Positions 29,440-37,314 of a DNA stretch of 64,000 bases are shown here, one piece after another. The notes beneath the pieces are model-generated. The model made no database searches, was not told the DNA's origin, and saw only the letters and a program-made list of their open reading frames with translations. Source of the DNA: a virus; the IMG/VR virus record IMGVR_UViG_3300028044_000003, positions 1-64,000 of that record; one strand, written 5' to 3'. Both the position numbers and the translations under genes were made by a program. Numbering within the stretch: the first letter of the stretch is position 1; every line of letters begins with the position of its first letter.

Positions 29440-30231
29440 ATGGTATTCAAAAATAGAGCTCATGTAGAAACTACAGGTTTAAAAGGTAGAAAAACATTTA
29501 TAGAAAACTCTTTTCAAATTTCTAAACAATTAGACTCTTATTTAATTGCTAGTAAATTAAACGATAAAGGTATTTCTCATCATTTTAAAGACGACGGTTT
29601 CTGGGAAGCTTGGATAACTTTATGGATGAGTAAAAATATAAAACCAGGTTCTTATTGTATAGACGGAGGACCTAATTATGGATATTATACTTTCTTATTA
29701 GAGAAAAAAAATTGCGAAGTATTAGCTATCGAAGCTAACCCTGAGATAATACCGTTTCTTGAAAAGTCTATCGAATTAAATAATTGTGCATCTAAAGTTA
29801 AAGTTATAAATAAAGCAATAGTCGATGTTACCGGAAACGTTATCGAATTAAATATTTTAACTAGTAGTTTAAATTCTACTATAATTTACCAACACCCGGA
29901 CGGACCTGTAGAAAAGACAATTAAGGTAGAAACAATTGCTTTAGACTCTATAGATAGACCCGTTGATTTTATTAAATTAGATATTGAAGGAGCTGAAGAA
30001 TTAGCATGGAACGGTATGCAAAAACTTCTTGAAAGAAATCCTCAATGTGTTGTTTTATTAGAATTTGTTTATCCTCATTATTTAGAAAATGGGAAATATT
30101 TCTTCCAATCGCTGTCTAAAAATCATAAATTAACTTATGTGGATTATAACGGTAATGAACAACTTTTTACAGAAAGTATGTTAACTGAAGATAAAGAACC
30201 TTATCGAATGGTTGTTATAAGATCTTTGTAA
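29440..30231 (+). CDS. FkbM-family SAM-dependent methyltransferase
   Basis: IDGGPNYGYYT, AIEANP, DFIKLDIEGAE; ATG 29440 follows a TACCTTTA box. Confidence 0.85.
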   Translation: MVFKNRAHVETTGLKGRKTFIENSFQISKQLDSYLIASKLNDKGISHHFKDDGFWEAWITLWMSKNIKPGSYCIDGGPNYGYYTFLLEKKNCEVLAIEANPEIIPFLEKSIELNNCASKVKVINKAIVDVTGNVIELNILTSSLNSTIIYQHPDGPVEKTIKVETIALDSIDRPVDFIKLDIEGAEELAWNGMQKLLERNPQCVVLLEFVYPHYLENGKYFFQSLSKNHKLTYVDYNGNEQLFTESMLTEDKEPYRMVVIRSL

Positions 30232-30256
30232 GCTTTACATTAATTATAATTTATAA

Positions 30257-30961
30257 TTAAAAGGTATGATCTATATAAGTTTTGTATCTATTTAATAATA
30301 TTTTTTTACCCTTATACCAGGCAGCACACTCGTAAAAATCTTTAGGACAAGTTTCTTGTAATAACTGAATTATTCCTTCAGGTTTTTTATAAATACCTTC
30401 AGGTATATTAAAATAATCTGAACAAATAGTCCAAGGTCCTTTCATAGGTATTGTAGTACCTTTACCACCAAACATTTTATAAAATATTCGACCGGTAATA
30501 GGAACAATAGAATAAGCGTGATAAGAATAAGGGACTTTATTTTTTTTTAAATCAAAAAACCCATCTATTATTTTTTTGATTATTGTATTATTAGGAGTAC
30601 ATGCTATAAAATGTGGATTTATTAATCCGTTAGATGGTTTTGATAATACTGTTAAAAATGACACATCTTTACCCAGGAATAAATCGATAGATTCGATAGG
30701 TTGTATATCAATATCAGCATAAATCCCACCGAATTTGTATAAAATACAAACCCTAAAAAAATCAGATTTTATAGGCCCGTCTTTTACAGAATCAAAAAAT
30801 TCAAGATATTTATCATGATAATTTTCTTGTAAAAATTTTCTACAATCCTCATCAGTATAAAACTCAACTTTATATTCTTGATTTAAGTTTTCCCAATTAG
30901 GAATAACGTAATCAGGTATATTATGATTTTTATACGTAAGGTAAATTACTTTTGGTATCAT
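30257..30961 (-). CDS. Glycosyltransferase family 32 (DXD, Och1/TcdA-like)
   Basis: MIPKVIY.TY, KSDFFR...LY.FGGIYADID. Confidence 0.85.
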   Translation of the reverse strand: MIPKVIYLTYKNHNIPDYVIPNWENLNQEYKVEFYTDEDCRKFLQENYHDKYLEFFDSVKDGPIKSDFFRVCILYKFGGIYADIDIQPIESIDLFLGKDVSFLTVLSKPSNGLINPHFIACTPNNTIIKKIIDGFFDLKKNKVPYSYHAYSIVPITGRIFYKMFGGKGTTIPMKGPWTICSDYFNIPEGIYKKPEGIIQLLQETCPKDFYECAAWYKGKKILLNRYKTYIDHTF

Positions 30962-30983
30962 AACTCAAAAATAATAAATTTTT

Positions 30984-31062
30984 TGTACTTCCGACCGGAC
31001 TCGAATAGGTACGAGCAAGCTCATGGGATTTTAAGTCCCACCGTTTACCACTCTCTTTTTTC
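30984..31062 (-). pseudogene. Degenerate tRNA-Leu(UAA)
   Basis: TGGTAAAC, intact TGGGA-CTTAAAA-TCCCA anticodon arm, long variable arm, TTCGAGT loop; T stem has 2 mismatches and the 5' acceptor strand is lost. Confidence 0.65.
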
Positions 31063-31503
31063 GCCTCGGTTACTACCAGGTACCAATAACGTATAACCAA
31101 AGAAAGAAAGAAAGAACAATTAGTATAGAGAAAGATCAAAAGACTCTAGGAAACAACTAAATTTTTTTTGGGTATTTTTTTTGGTCTAAGTTAGAGTGAG
31201 GAGAGGGGTGGTACCAAACTCACCCCCCGTCAGTGCTTCGAACCCCCTACCCCCTACATGTTCTAGCGTTAGTGTTTCAAACGTCCGCTAGGATTTGAAA
31301 AAAAATATCTAGGGGAAGTATATTATATGTATAGTGTATAGTAATGTATAGATGATACTATGATGATTATAATAAGATGATGTCTAATAAATTATACAAA
31401 GAAAAGAATTGTATTGTTATATAATAGTAATAATAATAGTATATAGGTATATTAAGACTGTTTTTATATCAACTTACATATCAGAACCACAAACTTTAAA
31501 GCT

Positions 31504-31677
31504 ATGAAGACAAGAACGGTATTAATTGAAGTAGTTTGTGGTGACTCAAAAGAGTTGTTACAAACACAAACTAAGTTAAACCAGTGGTCAACTACTGGTT
31601 TATTAATCAAGTATGATATTACAAGCAGTGCTACGCACTACTTGTTTAGGGTCTTACTAAAGAAAGAGGGTGAATAA
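31504..31677 (+). CDS. 57-aa early protein, not in track
   Basis: MKTRTVLIEVVCGDSKELL...; between motif and terminator. Confidence 0.65.
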   Translation: MKTRTVLIEVVCGDSKELLQTQTKLNQWSTTGLLIKYDITSSATHYLFRVLLKKEGE

Positions 31678-31729
31678 CCCTCTTATTTTTTTTATCAACC
31701 TACATATTAGAGTTATAAAATTTATAGCC

Positions 31730-31927
31730 ATGAAAAACGTAGTAACATTTATAGGCTGTGTTAGCCTATCTTTCTTAATCGCTAGTTTTGTAGCCGGGAT
31801 GATGACGCTAGGAAGCGCGTTTAGTTTCAACGAATACAACGTATTTGCTTGGATAGTACTAATAATGTACTATACAACTACTACTTGTTTCGCCATCTAC
31901 TGGTGGTACGAAGATGTAAAAGAGTGA
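31730..31927 (+). CDS. Small 2-TM membrane protein
   Basis: ATG after motif copy 2; hydrophobic. Confidence 0.65.
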   Translation: MKNVVTFIGCVSLSFLIASFVAGMMTLGSAFSFNEYNVFAWIVLIMYYTTTTCFAIYWWYEDVKE

Positions 31928-31990
31928 GTTTATACTCACTTTTTTTATATCAACCTACTTGTATGAGTCTTAGTACCAAATCTTAAACCA

Positions 31991-32065
31991 ATGGCTAAAA
32001 GCGAATTAGTTCTCTTGTTATCACAATTGTGTAACAAGAAAGGTTGGAATCTTACTGTTAAGTAA
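31991..32065 (+). CDS. 24-aa peptide, not in track
   Basis: MAKSELVLLLSQLCNKKGWNLTVK; only ORF between motif copy 3 and a terminator. Confidence 0.5.
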   Translation: MAKSELVLLLSQLCNKKGWNLTVK

Positions 32066-32153
32066 GCCTTGACCAAGATAGTAGACTTAGCGTCTACTAT
32101 TATTTTTTCATATCAACCTACTTTTTCGAGTTATTGTATCAAAATCTTACTAT

Positions 32154-32366
32154 ATGTTACACACGTATTCGGTGATTAAGAGGAACAACTGTGTTTTTAA
32201 TCACCTCGAATGGGAGGCTGCTAAAGCTATAGCAGAAGAAGGAGACTTATTACTCACCATTAAAGACAATCACATTTCTAACATCCGTGAGTTAGAACGT
32301 GTAGATTGCTATTATGGTAAACAGTTTGAGTCTACAAATGGTGTGATTACACCGTTCTATCAATAA
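32154..32366 (+). CDS. Small early protein
   Basis: After motif copy 4. Confidence 0.65.
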   Translation: MLHTYSVIKRNNCVFNHLEWEAAKAIAEEGDLLLTIKDNHISNIRELERVDCYYGKQFESTNGVITPFYQ

Positions 32367-32492
32367 TAAACAAGGTGCTATAAAGTGCTATTTATATATG
32401 AACAAGCAATGTATTGTCATATTTTAAGGATTAGCAGCCTTGTTTATTATTTTTTTATATCAACCTACATTATTGAACACTAAATTTATACT

Positions 32493-32672
32493 ATGAACAA
32501 AAATGACCGTTTTGTAATGTCGGCTATAGTAGCCGGTGTTATTATTATGTTGTACGTATGTGTATCATCTATGATGTACATCAAGTGTATAACTAAAAGT
32601 AAAACCGAGATTGACATGTGTGAGTGTCAACAGAAGTTTCGTCCTTGGAAATCAAACCCTGATTGTTTATGA
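32493..32672 (+). CDS. 59-aa TM + 4-Cys peptide, not in track
   Basis: After motif copy 5; similar to 35865..36053. Confidence 0.65.
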   Translation: MNKNDRFVMSAIVAGVIIMLYVCVSSMMYIKCITKSKTEIDMCECQQKFRPWKSNPDCL

Positions 32673-32836
32673 CAGTCGGGGCTGAAGTCCTTGTCTATGG
32701 TCAAAGGACCAGGATAAAGGAAGTATCGCCAGGCGGATCGGTAAGTTTCACGACCAAGATCAGATTACCTTGTGGTAGCTGGACCTATTACCTCGGAATA
32801 TTTGAGGTGAGCGCTATTAAGCCCGTTAACGTATAA
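32669..32836 (+). CDS. 55-aa protein, not in track
   Basis: ATGA overlap with the previous ORF, followed by a terminator hairpin. Confidence 0.55.
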   Translation: MTVGAEVLVYGQRTRIKEVSPGGSVSFTTKIRLPCGSWTYYLGIFEVSAIKPVNV

Positions 32837-32942
32837 AGTTAGCGGGTTATTCTTTTTAGGGTAAAAATACAGGTTGGTATAAAACTCAAAAGTTTAATAT
32901 CAACCTACTTAATAGAACCTTTGTACCAAAAAATATACACTT

Positions 32943-33269
32943 ATGATAGAATCATTTATTGACTTCAGGAAAGGAAATACTAATCCTGAAGAATTACCTG
33001 TTGTGTTAAACAAAAGACAGTTCGAGACTTTATTAGGTCTTATCCCTGTAGCAAGTAATGGGGGTTATCTAAAAAGTATTTCGTTTGAACTAATCGAAGA
33101 CTTGAATGATTTAGAAGTATCAGACAAAGATTACGTTGAAAGGGTTGAAGAATATGTTAACAATTACTTGAATAGAAAGTCTATTCAGGATATGGTTAGC
33201 TTTCGCCACCACACACCGACTCTTTACAACGAGATAGGAGTTATTACAGCACCTGTGGAGTGTTACTGA
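32943..33269 (+). CDS. Early hypothetical protein
   Basis: After motif copy 6. Confidence 0.65.
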   Translation: MIESFIDFRKGNTNPEELPVVLNKRQFETLLGLIPVASNGGYLKSISFELIEDLNDLEVSDKDYVERVEEYVNNYLNRKSIQDMVSFRHHTPTLYNEIGVITAPVECY

Positions 33270-33517
33270 GATGTAGTCGAAGTTTCCCCAATCATTGACT
33301 GTTAAAAGGTAATCCATTAGGATTATCTTTTTTTTTCATATCAACCTACCTATTAGAATACAAAAACGGATACAATCCTAGCAGTGACACGGCGTTGGGC
33401 TATATGTAAGTAGTTACCGTTTTTTTTCAAAAGTACTCCTGATTAAATTGGTATGATTACTCTAATTTTTCATATCAACCTACTTAATAGAACCATAGTA
33501 CCAAAAAACAAAGTACT

Positions 33518-33943
33518 ATGAAAAATTCGTTAAAAGCTATCTACATTGATAGCAACCCACAGACAGGCGTTAATTTCTTCGCCATTGATAGCGACAACCA
33601 AGCCCTTTTGGATAAGTTCCAAAAAGCCCGTGGTAAGTACGCTAGTACCATTACCGATGAATTTTCGGATTATTTCGGTATGCCGAAGTACAGTACGAAA
33701 TTCAAAGCCGCGGATTTTAACATCGGTTTTTCGGAAAGTGGTAAAATAATCCACTTAGAAGACGAAACCGATAAGTTAGTCAAACTAGTGGGTACCTATC
33801 AGGGTGCGGTGGCTGATAAACTTGCGGATAGGGTTGCTGACCTAATCTTCAAGCAACACACCAAGAAGGCTACTGTAGCACCACCTACACTAGAACAGCC
33901 TGAGTTCGTTCCAAGCGAAAATGATGCCGACTTTGAAGATTAG
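33518..33943 (+). CDS. Early protein with acidic tail
   Basis: After motif copy 8; terminator follows. Confidence 0.7.
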   Translation: MKNSLKAIYIDSNPQTGVNFFAIDSDNQALLDKFQKARGKYASTITDEFSDYFGMPKYSTKFKAADFNIGFSESGKIIHLEDETDKLVKLVGTYQGAVADKLADRVADLIFKQHTKKATVAPPTLEQPEFVPSENDADFED

Positions 33944-34387
33944 TCATTGGGTAGCACGTCAATACGACGTGTTACCTTTTTTTTTCATATCAACCTACCT
34001 ATTAGAATACAACACAGCCACGTCTCCGACCAAGAACATGATCTTGTTCTAGGTCTTGTATCAAGATCTGAGCCCTCCTCCAGAACTAGTTCAAGATTAA
34101 CGATTAGAATCCTCTATTCCATGTCTTGGAGAGGTTTTTGTTCTTGTAGACTAGTCTCACGTTTTAGATCTCTAGGAGAGTCTAGATCAAGTTACTTGAG
34201 TCCTCTGTCTAGATTCCTAGATTCCAAGATTTTTTTCATATATACCCTACTTTTTAGAATCCAAGGGCTTATGTCCTAGAACCTAGATACAAGAGCCTCG
34301 TACCTCGATCTAGACCTAGAACAAGTTCCCGAGTCATTTACACGTTTCATTTTTCATTCACAAATCCTAAAAAACAAGGAGGACACC

Positions 34388-34882
34388 ATGAGCAATTTAA
34401 TTGCTAAGTATCACGACTCTTATAAGAGCGTACAAAAAGACCCTAAAACCGGTAAAGAGATACTGGACGAAAACGGGCGCAAGATCTTGACTGCAAAATT
34501 CATCTACACCGTTGACGGTGAAGAAGAAGATGTTCAAAGATACTTGGACATCAAAGCGGACGAAGGTTACGACATGTTCGACCAGGCCTTGGGTAAAGTT
34601 CTGTTCTTTACACCACAGTTCCACGGTAACGACATCGAGTTAAAGATCACTACGAACGACAACATCGTTGTTGATACTAGTGAAATGGATCGCGTTAAGT
34701 CGTTCGTAAAAGCGAACGGTGGCGATTGGGGCCAGGTCGTAACCCAGAAAGCGTTGGCCGAACTAAACTTCGGTAACATCTTCGCTGCTCCGGCCAAGAA
34801 ATCTGTTACTAAACCTCAACCAAAGGTAGAGGAAAAAGTTACAGGTGAGGATAACGGGCCAGAAGCGGATTTAGAAAACTAG
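34388..34882 (+). CDS. Early protein with acidic tail, probable paralog of 33518..33943
   Basis: AAGGAGG SD, strong codon bias. Confidence 0.75.
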   Translation: MSNLIAKYHDSYKSVQKDPKTGKEILDENGRKILTAKFIYTVDGEEEDVQRYLDIKADEGYDMFDQALGKVLFFTPQFHGNDIELKITTNDNIVVDTSEMDRVKSFVKANGGDWGQVVTQKALAELNFGNIFAAPAKKSVTKPQPKVEEKVTGEDNGPEADLEN

Positions 34883-35238
34883 TTATATGAATTAGTTGTG
34901 GTTCATAAGTGATTGATAGTGAGAGAGTTGGAGAGGTATTGTTACCTCACCCTCTTTCATTGTCCACTTAATTGTACGAGAATCAGAACTGGGCGCCCGG
35001 CGCACCTCATAGCTAGTCTCTAAGAGAGTAGATACACTTATACTTGAAACACTATACTCGTTATAGTGTTTCTCGTATACTTGTTTCGTATACTCACTTA
35101 CTTGTTTTATCATTTACTTGGTTCTTGTATCTGGTAACCGAGGGTTTGATTCCTCTTTCTTTTATTTTAGTATCCAGGTGATTAAGGCGTGAAAATCGTG
35201 CGTTGATTATTAATCAGGTTCACCAAATCCTTCTATAT

Positions 35239-35622
35239 ATGATTTCACCTATCATTACTCTTTCTAACGATAAGAAAGTTATAAACTTTTCGTCTCCTCA
35301 TGATTTTCATTTTGTTGATGGTACTATTTTACCCAGGATATCTGACGAAGATGCCGAGCGTTTAAAAGTAACATTCATCGAAAATGTACATGATAATGGC
35401 GATGTTGAGTTATCCTTTACCCTGGGTCCAGAAGTACATACCAGGATGATGGAATGTAAAACGTTATGGGATAATGATCTAGTAGACGTTGTTTACTGTC
35501 CGTTACCTATGATTACCGCTCTCAAAGAATCCGGGTATGATCTCAAAAACTCTCCGTTTCGAGCAATTCGTGTTGAAGACCGTATCAAAAAACTTGTCTC
35601 TATCGACAAACAATGTATTTAA
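35239..35622 (+). CDS. Hypothetical protein
   Basis: NFSSPHDF.F.DGT motif; ATG at 35239. Confidence 0.6.
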   Translation: MISPIITLSNDKKVINFSSPHDFHFVDGTILPRISDEDAERLKVTFIENVHDNGDVELSFTLGPEVHTRMMECKTLWDNDLVDVVYCPLPMITALKESGYDLKNSPFRAIRVEDRIKKLVSIDKQCI

Positions 35623-35637
35623 GAAATAACAAACCAA

Positions 35638-35694
35638 AGAATAGTTCAGCACATTTCAAACATCAATCTGCTAAATTGAATTGTATCTATTCTG
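35638..35694 (+). ncRNA. TCAGCA-motif RNA 1 with Ser(GCU)-like anticodon stem-loop
   Basis: AGAATAG-TTCAGCAC-10nt-TCAAT CTGCTAA ATTGA-7nt-CTATTCT-G. Confidence 0.6.
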
Positions 35695-35864
35695 TATTTG
35701 TTAGTAACCCGTCTCTTTTAGGGATGGGTTACACATCTTAAGCGTTTCCAGGAAACAGGTACTGGTGTAAAGTCCCGATGAAACCAATCTCTGACGTGTC
35801 GAGAGTTTGGTGATATATCCGGTAAGCATGGGAAACGTATTTTTTTACTATCTTAATCTCCGAT

Positions 35865-36053
35865 ATGAAAAATAATTTTGCTTTTAGATTAGTCTTACTA
35901 ATCGTAATGATTCTTCTTATATCTGCTCTGTACCTTACTTTTATAAGATTCGGATATATTACTTGTGTTGATAAAGCCGGTTCTAATCAAAAAAAACTTT
36001 GTGCTTGTGAAGTAAAATGGTTAGATAAAGATAATAATTGTGGGTTTGAATAA
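35865..36053 (+). CDS. 62-aa TM + 4-Cys peptide
   Basis: TM followed by YITC...LCAC...C. Confidence 0.65.
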   Translation: MKNNFAFRLVLLIVMILLISALYLTFIRFGYITCVDKAGSNQKKLCACEVKWLDKDNNCGFE

Positions 36054-36228
36054 ACGGTAAACATTGATCCGGAAGGTTTCTCTTCAAAATACGCGGTGAA
36101 AATCGCGACGTACATGTCCCCTGGAAAGGACGGTTTTTATAATTGATATTTAACCTGGAAGTGTGCGAATGAGTTCCAAGCTTGACCCTAACGTAAAGTC
36201 GAGGGTGCTAATACTAAACTTTTATTAC

Positions 36229-36663
36229 ATGAATTTGAAAACACAAATTATTGACAAATTATTCTCAGGAAACGAACATGAATTGGACGCCTCAGAAAGA
36301 GTATTTATTGCTAAGTCTTTAAGTACTACAAGTAAAAACTCTATTTTAGAATCTATTACAAATAAAGGTACGTGTGACAAACATAATAAAAATTGTCAAC
36401 ATGTAGCTTTAGATTTAACTGATGAAGAAATGAATAATCTTCAAAAAAAAGCTTTTGATACGATAATTACATCAGCTTCTTTAGAAGATGTTTTAGTAAC
36501 TTTTATCAGTGGTTTAAAAGATTCTGAAATAGTTTATCTGTTAGATCTAAGTTTTATCAATCTTGCTCGTATAGAAAAAAACGAAAGAATGTCTAAAGAT
36601 TTGAATTTATTAGGAGATAGATTAAGAAAGTTAAAAGATTTTTTAGATAAAAATAATAGTTAA
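36229..36663 (+). CDS. Hypothetical protein
   Basis: ATG 36229 after a structured leader. Confidence 0.6.
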   Translation: MNLKTQIIDKLFSGNEHELDASERVFIAKSLSTTSKNSILESITNKGTCDKHNKNCQHVALDLTDEEMNNLQKKAFDTIITSASLEDVLVTFISGLKDSEIVYLLDLSFINLARIEKNERMSKDLNLLGDRLRKLKDFLDKNNS

Positions 36664-36681
36664 CTTTTAAAACCTAACTTT

Positions 36682-36882
36682 ATGACAAAAAGAGATATCA
36701 ACCAGACAATCAAAGATTTGAAAAAAGAGATAATTAAATTATCTTTACAGGAAACTCGTTTAAATCATGAATCTGACGATTATTACGAACAGATTTCTGA
36801 GATTAAATCGATGAAAGAAGAATTTAATGAAGAAATAAGTTTGCTAACTTTAGAGTTAAGTGAGCTTGAAGTTAAGTATTAG
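36682..36882 (+). CDS. Small coiled-coil protein
   Basis: Heptad pattern. Confidence 0.6.
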   Translation: MTKRDINQTIKDLKKEIIKLSLQETRLNHESDDYYEQISEIKSMKEEFNEEISLLTLELSELEVKY

Positions 36883-36901
36883 ATTTGGTGAATAATACTA
36901 A

Positions 36902-36959
36902 GGGATGTTTCAGCACATTATAAAAGCCAAAATTGAGGATTTTGTTTTATTACATCCCG
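36902..36959 (+). ncRNA. TCAGCA-motif RNA 2 with Leu(GAG)-like anticodon stem-loop
   Basis: GGGATGT-TTCAGCAC-11nt-CAAAA TTGAGGA TTTTG-7nt-ACATCCC-G. Confidence 0.6.
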
Positions 36960-36990
36960 TTTTTTATTATCTAAATTCTAGTAAAAATTC

Positions 36991-37040
36991 AGCGGAAGTT
37001 AAGTCGGTAACTTCAGTGGTTCGAATCCACTTCCGCTACA
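36991..37040 (+). ncRNA. Truncated tRNA-like RNA (acceptor + one hairpin + T arm)
   Basis: AGCGGA-AGTTA AGTCGG TAACT-TC-AGTGG TTCGAAT CCACT-TCCGCT-ACA. Confidence 0.6.
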
Positions 37041-37134
37041 ATTACCTTAATATCCTATAAAAGATAGGTGGTAACTTTAAAGTATCCATCACGTCAGTAA
37101 TGACGTACCAAGATGGGTCTTTGCCCGGGTTTAA

Positions 37135-37234
37135 AGGTTAGATCAGCAAATTACATCTACAAACATGTATTAGTTTAGTTGTAAAAGGGGGAAGTTCGTA
37201 ATCGTCAATTTGATGAGCGAATTAAACTAACCTG
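37135..37234 (+). ncRNA. TCAGCA-motif RNA 3 (longer interior)
   Basis: AGGTTAG-ATCAGCAAA ... CTAACCT-G with internal hairpins. Confidence 0.5.
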
Positions 37235-37314
37235 ATTGCCCAAAAAATTCGCTCTATCGATTTGATAGAGCGGATTTCCCTCTCATTATTTTGTCACCAA
37301 ATCAATTACCAAAT

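Larger units (their letters stand above)
31461..34258 (+). promoter_or_regulatory. About 10 copies of the motif T-run-ATATCAACCTAC, putative phage early promoters
   Basis: Copies at 31466, 31692, 31947, 32110, 32457, 32897, 33338, 33472, 33987 and a variant near 34240; most follow a terminator hairpin and precede an ATG by about 25-35 nt. Confidence 0.75.

Noticed and set aside
31461-34258. CRISPR array from the ATATCAACCTAC repeats
   Set aside because: Repeat is only about 12 bp, spacing is irregular (about 130-520 nt), and the intervals contain ORFs and terminators; no cas genes
33947-34279. 110-aa ORF in track
   Set aside because: TTG start inside a terminator; spans promoter motifs and the CTAG tract; S/R-rich composition typical of spurious frames
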